This document shows positions 31,156 through 41,573 of a DNA stretch of 64,000 bases, in pieces (the first letter of the stretch is position 1; each line of letters begins with the position of its first letter). Both the position numbers and the translations under genes were made by a program. Under the pieces are notes generated by a model. It did not search any database. It was not told the origin of the DNA and saw only the letters and a list, made by a program, of their open reading frames with translations. The stretch lies in the NCBI GenBank assembly GCA_000004985.1, contig GG738847.1; one strand, written 5' to 3'. The stretch comes from Naegleria gruberi (taxonomy: Eukaryota).

Positions 31156-33636
31156 CTATTCTGTGAGGAATGGAAGAACCTTATCAATTTTTTGTCTACA
31201 CTCGGTCAGTAAATTGTGAATGGCTTCTGTGTGGAGGTAATTCTTTCGTGTGAATAGATTGAAACAATTATCAATTTGGTTCTTTCTCATGTACATGAGT
31301 GGGAAGGTTCGGGAGAGTGGTGAGTATTCTTTAACCAAGTCTGGATACACTTTGTTAATATCCTCTTCTTTCAATGTTCCATTCTCAATTTGTTGTTGAA
31401 CTACTTGTTGAATTTTTGCGTGGACAACATTCATTAAATTGCATGTAATCTTGTACAGGTTTCTATACTCGACGTAGAGATTGAAAAATTCTGGAACGTA
31501 ATGTTTCACCAATTTGAGATCAGTGGTCATTTCAGAAAGTGTAGACAAGTCGCCTCCACTATTTACAAGTTCTTGAACACTTTCAGAGAGGAAGGATTTC
31601 AAATTTCTAACCATTTCAATCATGTACATTTGATTATTTTCAGAGTCTACACTAGTTTCTTGAGTTTCTGAATCTCTGAAAAGTTCCAAATACGACATGC
31701 TATAATAAATACCAGTTTCAATCTTGACTCTTACAAAATCTTGATCACACAAAATAAATCCAGAATATCTTTCCGGATCCATTGTAGAAAAGTCATTGGC
31801 TAGCTCCATATATTTTTCAAAAACTTTAAATAATGGCAAGTTGACACAAATATCATCTGGTTTCTTTCTCCACATGTTTGCATTGAGAGGTCTCTTTTTT
31901 GGTTTGTATTTGGTCTGTTCTACAATATCAAAGTAAGGACCTTTTGGTATAATTTCAATAATTTCTGGATGTTTCCAATTGTATCTTTCTGCGTGTGGTT
32001 GAATGGATTCTTCCTTGAGTGTTTTCATATCTCTGCAACCATGAGCTATGAGCTCTCGAGAAGAGAAATTACTAGATGAATCTCCTTCACTTAAGAATGG
32101 AACAGAGGAAAGTGTGAACATGAAACATTTGGTGGTATCTTCTGGGAGTAAATATCCACCCTCTTCAAATACTTTCCAAAAATCTGTTTGTGTATCATTC
32201 TTATTCATAGTGGACGGATCACTTCTTCCATATAAATATTCCCAATCTTGAGATTGATTTGTACTAATTCTCCACTCATTGTCATGATAAAAGAGCATAC
32301 ACATGGTGCCAACATATTTCATTGTGACTTGAATGGATTGATTCTCTACAGGTTTGCTATTTGTTTTTAAAAGAATATTGTCACACGCATCAGAATCATA
32401 TTGGAAAAAGTACTTGTATGGATGGGCCACAAGTTTCATATTAGCCCTGTCTAGAGTATTGGTCCAATCGGATGGTGGATGCATTTCAACAATAGAGCCA
32501 TTCCAACATTCCTGAAGAGGAATTAAATCGTCCAATCTTTTGTGAACTTCTCTGTGAGTAATCATCTTGACCAACTTGGTTGAAATGAAAGATTCCTTCT
32601 TGATGAGGTCAATTATTGATTGGTCTTGAGGAATATGATAGGTTCCCTCAATGAGGGATATGGCCGTTGGCGAGGATTGCTGTTCTCCCAAAATGACTTG
32701 CTTTTCTTGTTGTTCTTTTTTAGATTCAAAGAGAGGTGAAACTACAATTGAAAAGTCTCGTGCTAACTCTGTAACTCCGTACCGTTTACAATATTCTAAA
32801 AAGGCAGTGGAGGGTATGGATTTCTCAATAATTTCATTCATAATTTCATTGGAGAATGTTTGTGAACTTTTGAATATTTCATAACATGCATCATTCAATT
32901 TAGATTTGAACAACTTATGTATTGGTCTAAACATTTCTTCATATTCTCTCCACAAGTTGAATTCTTTTGTCTTTTCAAAGAATAATTGGTGAAACTTTTT
33001 TGCATTTCTATACTTTACAATCTTCTTGTCCTTTGTGATGTGAATGGCATATTTCAAATAACGTATAGAATGGAGAAGGTTTTTCCTAGATCTCTTCAAA
33101 TCTCCATCATTGAATGATCTCTTAGCTGTAATCTTACACCACAAAGTGAGACCTCTCTGAATTTGTCTCAATCTAATATTCAATAGGGCCATCCAATACG
33201 TTCTAATCCATCTCATTAAATTTGATTCAAACCAAACAAATTGACCTCCATTTTCAAGCCACAATGGTAGAATGGATTTGTAATTGTGTTGCTCAATGAA
33301 AACATCCATCAGAAAATGTGAAACATCCATCACTACACAATCCATCTGATTCTCTCCACAACTCAACTCTAAAGTCATTCGAGAATCGGAAGGAAGTCTA
33401 TTATTCCTATTGATTCCCTCTCGTTCATCAGCCTTTCTATTGGTAATAATAATGAAATCATAATCACTTTTTGTTTGATCCGATTCACTAATATATGTAT
33501 TTTCAATTCCATACAAACGAGAGCCGAACAAATAGATGGCCTCTATATGAAAATTATCTCCTCCATTATATTCTATCAGAGTTTGCACTAGTGATTGTAC
33601 ATTCAACTCAAAAGAGGAGGAAGAAGATTGCGACAT
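31156..33636 (-). CDS. Polymerase-beta-superfamily nucleotidyltransferase-fold protein, 826 aa, family unresolved.
   Basis: The N-terminus has hG[GS]..D.D: IYLFGSRLYGIENTYISESDQTKSDYDFIIITN, followed by a helical region. The central and C-terminal two-thirds are not recognised; they contain MKYVGTMCMLFYHDNEWRIS. Single exon, ATG at 33636. Confidence 0.5.
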   Translation of the reverse strand: MSQSSSSSFELNVQSLVQTLIEYNGGDNFHIEAIYLFGSRLYGIENTYISESDQTKSDYDFIIITNRKADEREGINRNNRLPSDSRMTLELSCGENQMDCVVMDVSHFLMDVFIEQHNYKSILPLWLENGGQFVWFESNLMRWIRTYWMALLNIRLRQIQRGLTLWCKITAKRSFNDGDLKRSRKNLLHSIRYLKYAIHITKDKKIVKYRNAKKFHQLFFEKTKEFNLWREYEEMFRPIHKLFKSKLNDACYEIFKSSQTFSNEIMNEIIEKSIPSTAFLEYCKRYGVTELARDFSIVVSPLFESKKEQQEKQVILGEQQSSPTAISLIEGTYHIPQDQSIIDLIKKESFISTKLVKMITHREVHKRLDDLIPLQECWNGSIVEMHPPSDWTNTLDRANMKLVAHPYKYFFQYDSDACDNILLKTNSKPVENQSIQVTMKYVGTMCMLFYHDNEWRISTNQSQDWEYLYGRSDPSTMNKNDTQTDFWKVFEEGGYLLPEDTTKCFMFTLSSVPFLSEGDSSSNFSSRELIAHGCRDMKTLKEESIQPHAERYNWKHPEIIEIIPKGPYFDIVEQTKYKPKKRPLNANMWRKKPDDICVNLPLFKVFEKYMELANDFSTMDPERYSGFILCDQDFVRVKIETGIYYSMSYLELFRDSETQETSVDSENNQMYMIEMVRNLKSFLSESVQELVNSGGDLSTLSEMTTDLKLVKHYVPEFFNLYVEYRNLYKITCNLMNVVHAKIQQVVQQQIENGTLKEEDINKVYPDLVKEYSPLSRTFPLMYMRKNQIDNCFNLFTRKNYLHTEAIHNLLTECRQKIDKVLPFLTE

Positions 33637-34015
33637 TTTTTATAATTGGAAGATTTTGGTTCAGTTGTGTGGGTGCAATTTCAGAGTTTCATGTGCATGT
33701 GTATATATTTCTCTTGAGACTTTCACCATTTTCATATCATCTGTGCACTTTCTGATATTAATTAATTAGAAAATTCTTGTTAAGAGTGTTTAGTTTTATT
33801 GTTTTGTAATCAGTTTCACAAGATCAGTAATTTGATGGCTTTGGGCAGTGTGAAATTGTTTCTTGCACTTCTGATAATAAGTTCATTTTGTAATCTTTCA
33901 AGTGCTTTATCTTTCATCTACATTGATTGATTTGAATCAGCATTAAATAATTCTAAAACAAATATGATCATGTTTCATTATTGGGAAAGCTTCATCTCTT
34001 CAATACAGACTAAGT

Positions 34016-35699
34016 TCACGTATCATCAAAATAAACTTTGTAAAATGTTAGCAAACTCACATGGGTCACAAAATTTTCCTTTGAAACATTTCGTGAAAAG
34101 TGAAATCCAAATCCAGAAGCAGTATTTTTCATATGAAAGGAAAGGTTTGGTTTGCCAATCACATTCTTTGGATTTATCGTCGATGGTATTTGGATAAATA
34201 TTGAGCACTTGAGTTGTCTATCGTTTGGAACGCGTTCAATAATATTCCACTGTAAATTATCTGATTCCCTTTCTAATTTTCCAATGGTTTTCATTCCCTT
34301 CTTAATTCCTACAATATTTGTTAAAGGATTCAATAGTGGAATCTTGACATTGAGGTTGAATACTTTTTCTGATCTTTTAACACCAATTCCCATTAATATT
34401 TTGATAATTGAATATTCTACTGTTTGATTAACAACTCTGATATTAAAAAATAATTCTATGGGATTGATATCACGTTGTTTAAATGATCTAATGGTGTATG
34501 TTACGGATTCATTACGTATGTATGGTTCTGGCCAAATTGGAAACTTGTAGGTAGGAATTTTATACCTAGAAGGAGATATTTTGAAATTAGTTTCATTTCG
34601 TTTCACATAATTTCCATTCAATCCTTCTGTTCCTTCATGAATCTCAATAAAATTATTGAATTTCTCATTTAGAGATATCAAAATTTCCATTTTGGCAGAA
34701 CCTGAACAATCTGAGCTAAACGAGAAAGTACCTTCTAGTGTACAATTATTAAGATTCTTCACTATTGCTACTCTTTCTATAATATCGAGATGTAGATATG
34801 TAAATCTATGTTCTCTGATATGCCATAATAACGTTTGGGTGGATTTGGGTATATTTAACTCTTGAATTGGCTTTTCTCTCTTCAAAATAGAACTATCAAA
34901 AGGGTCAATCAAAAATTCTAGCATTTCACATGATTTTGATTCCTCTGACAGGTGTTTAAATTTTCTATGAATCAATTTTAGAGTTTCAAAAACCAAAAAG
35001 GTATTCACATTTCTTACACTTCTACAAAATATAACATCTGCATTAATTAGATGTTGGATTTACAAATAAATGCAACTTACAAGTAAGATTCCTCTTTTTC
35101 AACACAAAATAATTGAATTCTCCTTTTTGAAATATTGGTTTGAATTCGTAGAGAATCATTTCTTTACAAATTATATCCTTAATGGTTTCGACCAAATTAA
35201 AAGTTCTAAATGCCATTTCCAATTGTTTACAATCTTCCCACAAGTGAAAGAATTCAATTTCCACTTTTTTACCAATAATCACCAATCCAGAATATCCAAG
35301 AAAATCTGATGAAGAATCATGATGAGCTAATAATTGATTTATATTTTCCAAATCCTTTTGTGTATCATTATTAAATTTTGGCATTCTCTCAGCATGATTA
35401 GATATATTAGCAAATTGTTTGGAAACCAATTTTAATATTGGATCAATCAATTGATCATTAGAATGTTTCCTCCGCTGATAAATATTATTCAAATAAAACA
35501 TTACAAAGTGTTCCGAATTGATTACTGTGTACCAACTCTTACACACAAGGTATGGTTTGCAAATTTTCCAATCTGTTGCATGATTAGTGAACTGTAACAC
35601 GGTGGCAATCAAGAAATGATCCATTTTTTGATAATTGAATTCAGTTTTAAATAAGCTCATTCTTATAAATTTGTTTAACAATCTCCGAATTGTATACAT
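34016..35699 (-). CDS. Hypothetical protein, about 550 aa, two exons (~35699..35062, 35018..34016). The 5' end is uncertain.
   Basis: The two minus ORFs (35043..35702 and 34016..35008) join in frame through a 43-nt intron (gtaagttgcatttatttgtaaatccaacatctaattaatgcag). The joined peptide reads ..VLKKRNLT|YVIFCRSVRNVNTFLVFETLKL... The track 'M' codons are GTG/TTG; the first real ATG (MYTIRRLL) is at 35699. The open frame continues about 30 codons further upstream. No recognised domain. Confidence 0.45.
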
Positions 35700-36093
35700 C
35701 AATGGATGATGAATTAAATTCCTTCCAGAGTTGTTGTGTTCTTCAACATATTTTTTATCAAAGATTTGAAACTAGTTTTTTGATAAGAGGGAATTCTGTT
35801 CAATTAGAAAACAACCAAAAGATTCTAATTTAAAAAAAGGCCACATACCAAATCAACGCTTACCATCACCATAACAACAAAATAGATTCATGGAGGTTAC
35901 TTCCTCATAGGCTCCGATCATCACGTTAAAAGTAGTTTGAAACACGATTGGTCATTCATATTATTTAAAAAAACATCACCAAACGTGATCGTGAAAACAT
36001 CAAAAAGAATCGGAAGTGGTCATATTGAACAACATCTCTCTGATATTTCGATTACTGAAGTAATATTATTATTATTTAAAAAGAATAGAAAGA

Positions 36094-39000
36094 ATGGGAA
36101 ATTCACTAGCTAATGCCCTTCATCAAAAAGTTGTGCTAGAAGTATTGAAAAGATCTCCGATATGGGAATTGATTCATCCAATATCAGTGAATCAAATTAA
36201 GACTTCTCTACCAACACGTTTTGATGCTTCAGAAAACATTAATCCCAATAATTTTCATTATTACAAGATTGAGAATGTTACATTTAGAGTTGATGTATTG
36301 AATCGATTCTTGGCATGTTCTGTTAGGAATTTGGAAATAACTGAAGGATATATTGAGTACATTTCTATTAGAATACCACACATGTCTAATATGGTAAATA
36401 ATTTATCGAGTATTAGAGTGGCAGTATTTGGAGTTTTATTGAGTATTAAATGGGTGGATGAATTTACTGACTTGTCAAATTCCATGCTTCAATCATCTGT
36501 AATGTTACAATCAGTTTCGGATATGCTTACTTCTCAATGGTCTGATAGGAGTGATATTGGTGATGCTTCTCCAATGACAGAATTTGGTGAGGGAGAGGCT
36601 GTTTTATTCAGTGCAGTTGATGCTTTTATTTCCAAATTTTCAATCAATATTCAAAACGTGACAATTAATATTTCAATGCCTCAGAATCAAGTTATTAGTT
36701 TATTCATTCCTCAGGTGGTTTATTTTGATAATACCAATCACAGCTCTTCTAACAAGGTGTACAGTTATACTATGAATTTAAAGAATGGATTTATTATTCA
36801 ATCTGGAGACAAACCAATTACAACGGATATTGACATGAAGAACAATTTCATGTATGCCAATGGTATGATTTCTCTGACAGTTTCAGTTGATGTTCAAAAA
36901 TCAAAGATTAATCTATCAGTACAGTGTGACCAGGCGCATCTCGTTCTTTCACCTTCAAGAATTGAAATGATGCTGAGAATGTATGCCTTTATATTTGACA
37001 AGAAACAACACATCAAGAGAAAGCAGCAGTCAAAAATTAGAACAGAAGATGTTAAAACTGAAGAGAGATTCTATATGGATTTTAATTTTGAAGCTGGAAG
37101 GATACAGGGAATATTACTCTTCAAAGACCAACAGGATATTGATTGGAAATCAGAATTTGGAATGATTGAGCCTCAAAATATTACAGTTCCTCATGTTGTT
37201 TGTGTATTCAATGATATTGCAATGAGATACAAATCTGCCTTTGATGGCATTCTACACACTACAACATCAATTGATGTTGGCCAATTATTTATTGTGGATG
37301 AGCTTTCAAAAGTCAAAACCTCTGATGATACTGCTCTGCTACCACTCACACCAATAGAAAATGCCTTGATGGTTCACATTGGAGCTGTAATTGTGGATAT
37401 CAAATTGATCACTCTATTCAAAGAATCTATCAAATTGATCAGTAGAATTGTAAAGTTGCATCAATCTTTTGAGGAGAAGAATCCTCAAACTATAATTTAT
37501 CAGCCCTATCGAGATGAGAATGATGATGATCCAAACGATAATAAGGATCTCTCCACTATTATTCGAAAGACAGTTTCACCATTTGTAAATATTGAACTCA
37601 TAGAAATTGACATTCGATCAGAGGAGAGTAACACTGTACTATATGCTTCAATGTTTGGTCTTCAATCAGATAATAATTACAAGTTTGAGGTTACCTCTTC
37701 CAGTGTTCACCTTGCAGATGAAGATACAGATATACGAAGTGAAATCATCTCTCTCGCCGATATGAGCATTTCCTTGAGGGAGGACTCGGTAGAGATTGGA
37801 AACAAGAATACCAGAGCCTCAGGCTCTCTTAATCAATACCAATATCATATTTTAATGGGTATAACTAATGAGATTTTATCCATTCTCTCATCAAAAGATA
37901 TGGAACAACTTTCTAGCCCTTCACTCGAGGAGACAGACTCCTCTGAATTTTCAATACTATTTAATTTTAATGAATTGGAGGTGTTGCTCTCTGGTGAATT
38001 GTACAGTGTAATGCTTGCTTTGAGTTCTGTGAGTGGCCAATTCCAATTGGAAGGGAAGGATTCAAAGGCCATTGTCGATATTGGTAATTGTAAAGTTTCA
38101 GAAAGACTTGATGGAGTAGAGAATTGCATTATTAACAAATTCTCCAATCTTTTAAAGCCATTCACCAAACAAGATCAAGCAATCAAGGTAATCTTCCTTT
38201 CTAGCCCTTCAACAACCTTTGTAGATATTCAAACATGTGGACTTTGTATTGACTTTTCAATGGAAAATTTAAAGACCATTGAATTTTTAACAAGCTTTTT
38301 CAAAACCGAAGAGAGTGGTAGAGAAGAGTCCAATTCAATGGACCCTCCAAAAGCTATGAGTATTACTGTACAAAATGATCATACCATACTCAATTTCAAA
38401 TCACCAGATGCTTCCATTTACCTCTATCTCAATCATTTGAAAACGAAAATTTCTCAACAAAGTGATTGTAATTGTACTATATTGGCCTCCATTTATCCAA
38501 CCCTCTCGAGTGTGACTAAGAGAAATTTGATCAATATAGATTTGGAAACAGTGGAAGGATTTATTGGACCTCTCATAACTTCTTCAGATCTTTCTAAGCG
38601 AGCCACTGATAATAGTTCCATAGATTTTGGTTTTTCATCCATCATGAAAAAGAGCGGATTTTTCGAGTTATTATCAGTGGGTTGTGCAAACTTATTGATC
38701 AAAACCAAACCAGGTAGTTTTGAACTTGATAAGGTGAAACTCAGTAATTCTACTCTTCATTTCTACTTGTCCAAAACCACTTTGGCTACTCTGACAAGAA
38801 TAATATCCTCTTTGAATAAGCCAACCAGCTACAACAACTCTGGTAATTACATGATGGTTGAGGAGAGTGTAATGGAATCCATGTACTCAATTGCTTCATC
38901 TCAAGTTGATGATTACTTTATTGTTGATTCTGATGTGGAAAGTGTTGCAGACGATGATTATGAGGACTACAAGACAATGACCTTCTCTAAATTATTGCCC

Positions 39001-40272
39001 TACGTGATTGATGAAGACTATGTTGATAAGCAGAGCTCCAAGAAGAATCAATTCCTATCGAATGTCAATTCTACATTCGAGTTATTTGTTACTGATGATG
39101 TGAATATATATCTTCACTTGACAAATTCCAAAGATACAAGAAATGAAAAGATGAGTGTAATTTTATCTGGAACATCTTTGAGATATGTGGAATTAACCGA
39201 TGAAGATGAATCTACCAAAGTTACTAACATAAGTCTGAAACTGAAGGATTTAGTAGTTCATGATAGGTATAATTTAAATTCTGTTTGTAAATTCATTTCT
39301 AGGAAACATTCCACATACGATATCGATGAAGACTTTCTCTCAGTTGGCCTAAAAATCAATAAGGATATGGAACAACAAACACACATTGAATTGACTGTTC
39401 AAGTAGTTCCCATCAAATTGGATGTTCACGAGCATACAGTTGATTTCCTTATTGATTTATTCTCGCCACCTGAGGATGATTCCTTGAATACTCGATCCAC
39501 CACTTCTGTAGCCACAACAACAGCAAGTATAACCAGAGATGGTGACTCTGCCTTAACTATTTTCGATCGTGTTATTATCAATGATATTACTGTATTCCTG
39601 AACTATTATCCATCCATTAAATCTTCTCTGCCAAGAGTTAGTGATGCCTCCCTAACAATTACCAGTTTCAAAGTGCTGAGGGGAGACGAAGTATGTGGTG
39701 TTGATAATTTGGTTGCCCTCATTACCAATCACATCTTTAAACACTTTACAAATCCAACAGATATTTTCAAATTATTACTTGGTTTGAGAACGATCAAGTC
39801 AATTTATAACATTGTGGGAGGTGTTGGCGATTTGGTCTTTATTCCAATAAGAGAATTCAGAAAGGATGGTGCGATGATACGAGGAGTGAATATGGGAATT
39901 TGGAATTTCATGAAAACACTCTCACTCAATACGACCATGTTTGCTGCAGGAACAGTTGATGCTCTCCATATGATCTGCACCAAGGTAGATAATTACCTCA
40001 CCGAGGAAGAAGGTCAAATGTTATCCTCCATTGATAATTATCCTCAATTTTCAGAGACAGGAGTCGCAGAAGCAGCCCTCAATGAAGTTAAACAAGGTAT
40101 TGCAGTAATTTCTCTTCCAACATCATCGAGTTCTGCTGTCCGAGTGGTTGTTTCCCCACTCAGAGGTATCACAAGTGCACTATCAATCATCTTTAATCGT
40201 CTCGTTGACAATATTACCACAACAGAAGATGGTTCATCCTCATCCATGAATTCACAAGATCATTCTCATTAG
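36094..40272 (+). CDS. Chorein-N-family bridge-like lipid-transfer protein, Atg2-like (putative), 1392 aa, single exon.
   Basis: The N-terminus MGNSLANALHQKVVLEVLKRS...FRVDVLNRFLACSVRNLEITEGYIEYISIRIP resembles the chorein_N start of Atg2/VPS13. The body is long, beta-rich and low-complexity-free. The conserved C-terminal block (..IPIREFRKDGAMIRGVNMGIWNFMKTLSLNTTMFAAGTVDALHMI..) is compatible with the Atg2 C-terminal region. This is a by-eye assignment. Confidence 0.45.
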   Translation: MGNSLANALHQKVVLEVLKRSPIWELIHPISVNQIKTSLPTRFDASENINPNNFHYYKIENVTFRVDVLNRFLACSVRNLEITEGYIEYISIRIPHMSNMVNNLSSIRVAVFGVLLSIKWVDEFTDLSNSMLQSSVMLQSVSDMLTSQWSDRSDIGDASPMTEFGEGEAVLFSAVDAFISKFSINIQNVTINISMPQNQVISLFIPQVVYFDNTNHSSSNKVYSYTMNLKNGFIIQSGDKPITTDIDMKNNFMYANGMISLTVSVDVQKSKINLSVQCDQAHLVLSPSRIEMMLRMYAFIFDKKQHIKRKQQSKIRTEDVKTEERFYMDFNFEAGRIQGILLFKDQQDIDWKSEFGMIEPQNITVPHVVCVFNDIAMRYKSAFDGILHTTTSIDVGQLFIVDELSKVKTSDDTALLPLTPIENALMVHIGAVIVDIKLITLFKESIKLISRIVKLHQSFEEKNPQTIIYQPYRDENDDDPNDNKDLSTIIRKTVSPFVNIELIEIDIRSEESNTVLYASMFGLQSDNNYKFEVTSSSVHLADEDTDIRSEIISLADMSISLREDSVEIGNKNTRASGSLNQYQYHILMGITNEILSILSSKDMEQLSSPSLEETDSSEFSILFNFNELEVLLSGELYSVMLALSSVSGQFQLEGKDSKAIVDIGNCKVSERLDGVENCIINKFSNLLKPFTKQDQAIKVIFLSSPSTTFVDIQTCGLCIDFSMENLKTIEFLTSFFKTEESGREESNSMDPPKAMSITVQNDHTILNFKSPDASIYLYLNHLKTKISQQSDCNCTILASIYPTLSSVTKRNLINIDLETVEGFIGPLITSSDLSKRATDNSSIDFGFSSIMKKSGFFELLSVGCANLLIKTKPGSFELDKVKLSNSTLHFYLSKTTLATLTRIISSLNKPTSYNNSGNYMMVEESVMESMYSIASSQVDDYFIVDSDVESVADDDYEDYKTMTFSKLLPYVIDEDYVDKQSSKKNQFLSNVNSTFELFVTDDVNIYLHLTNSKDTRNEKMSVILSGTSLRYVELTDEDESTKVTNISLKLKDLVVHDRYNLNSVCKFISRKHSTYDIDEDFLSVGLKINKDMEQQTHIELTVQVVPIKLDVHEHTVDFLIDLFSPPEDDSLNTRSTTSVATTTASITRDGDSALTIFDRVIINDITVFLNYYPSIKSSLPRVSDASLTITSFKVLRGDEVCGVDNLVALITNHIFKHFTNPTDIFKLLLGLRTIKSIYNIVGGVGDLVFIPIREFRKDGAMIRGVNMGIWNFMKTLSLNTTMFAAGTVDALHMICTKVDNYLTEEEGQMLSSIDNYPQFSETGVAEAALNEVKQGIAVISLPTSSSSAVRVVVSPLRGITSALSIIFNRLVDNITTTEDGSSSSMNSQDHSH

Positions 40273-40416
40273 GAATGAAGGAATAAATTTTGTGACAATC
40301 ATTTTAGTAATTCTACATTACAATAATAGTAATTTATATTTCTAATTAATCCTTAAAGTCAATTAAATTAATTGTTAATATTATATTTAAATTATAAAAA
40401 TTTAATATTAAAAAAA

Positions 40417-41439
40417 ATGCAAACACCACTCAACATTAACGTAGTCAAATCGTTGGGTCTAGGAAAAGTCTATAAAGGACACTCTAAAGAAATAAATGGA
40501 ATGGATTTCTTTAGAGATGGAAAATCACTTTTATGTTCATCCGATGATGATAATATTACATGGTTTGATTGTACAACTCTTACTCCGAAGAGTGAACCTT
40601 CTAAAACAATACCCAGCAAAAAGTATGGATGTAGTCTAGTTAAATTTACACACTCTGAAGATGCTTGTATTCATGCTTCTAACAAGGAAGGATTAAATGA
40701 TGATATAAGATATTTAAATATACATAATGGAAATTTTCTCAGATACTTTAAAGGACATACAAAGAAGGTTGTCTCCTTGTCCATGTGTCCTATTGATGAT
40801 GGTTTTGCATCAACATCACTTGATAATACTTTACGATTGTGGGATTTGAGAAAATCATCGGAAACACACAAATGTGCATTTACAGGAAAACCTGTTACTG
40901 CCTATGATCCTAAAGGATTGGTACTGGCAGTTACTACACCGCCTGGTGTTATCAAATTATATGATGTCAGAAATTTGGACTCGCCATTTTCCACTTTTGC
41001 TCTCACTTTTCAAGAAACTCCAGATTATTCTTCCATGCTTTTTTCACCAGATGGAAATTATATTACAGTTGTTTCATCAGATTCTATATCGCTAATTGAT
41101 GCTTTCAATGGAAAGGAATTATTCAGAAAGACCAATGATGAAATTAGTGTCCTCTCAGAGGAAGATAAGGCATTCTATACGAAAAATAATTTCCCACTTC
41201 CCCAAAGTTCAGGAATTTCTCAAACTGGTGCTTCATTCTCACCAAATAGCGAATTTTTATTTGTTGGAACAGAAGATGGACGACTGCTCACAATTGAAAC
41301 TAGTTCAGGAAAATTCTGTCACTCATTCACAAACACAGATTTCAGACACAGCGGTGAAGTGAGTGCTTGTTTCAATCCACAATATTGTATGTTAGTGAGT
41401 GCTTGTCAAGCTGTTTGTTTCTGGGTTCCATCCATGTAA
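40417..41439 (+). CDS. WDR82: WD40-repeat protein WDR82/Swd2 (COMPASS / PP1-PNUTS subunit) homolog, 340 aa.
   Basis: The sequence is near-collinear with human WDR82: KVYKGHSKEINGMDFFRDGKSLLCSSDDDNITWFDC ([36 protein letters not shown]), ..DIRYLNIHNGNFLRYFKGHTKKVVSLSMCPIDD.. and ..NTLRLWDLRKS..KGLVLAV.. The true ATG is at 40417 (MQTPLN); the track start is upstream. Confidence 0.7.
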   Translation: MQTPLNINVVKSLGLGKVYKGHSKEINGMDFFRDGKSLLCSSDDDNITWFDCTTLTPKSEPSKTIPSKKYGCSLVKFTHSEDACIHASNKEGLNDDIRYLNIHNGNFLRYFKGHTKKVVSLSMCPIDDGFASTSLDNTLRLWDLRKSSETHKCAFTGKPVTAYDPKGLVLAVTTPPGVIKLYDVRNLDSPFSTFALTFQETPDYSSMLFSPDGNYITVVSSDSISLIDAFNGKELFRKTNDEISVLSEEDKAFYTKNNFPLPQSSGISQTGASFSPNSEFLFVGTEDGRLLTIETSSGKFCHSFTNTDFRHSGEVSACFNPQYCMLVSACQAVCFWVPSM

Positions 41440-41573
41440 TGTTGAGACTCTATAAAATTAAAATAATTTATTTTCTGAATTGCAATTCATCCAAAGCATG
41501 CATGTAAGCCCTTCCAGTGGAAATTCGAACAAATCAAAAAAAATTAAATACTTATTTTTAAAATTTAAAAAAA

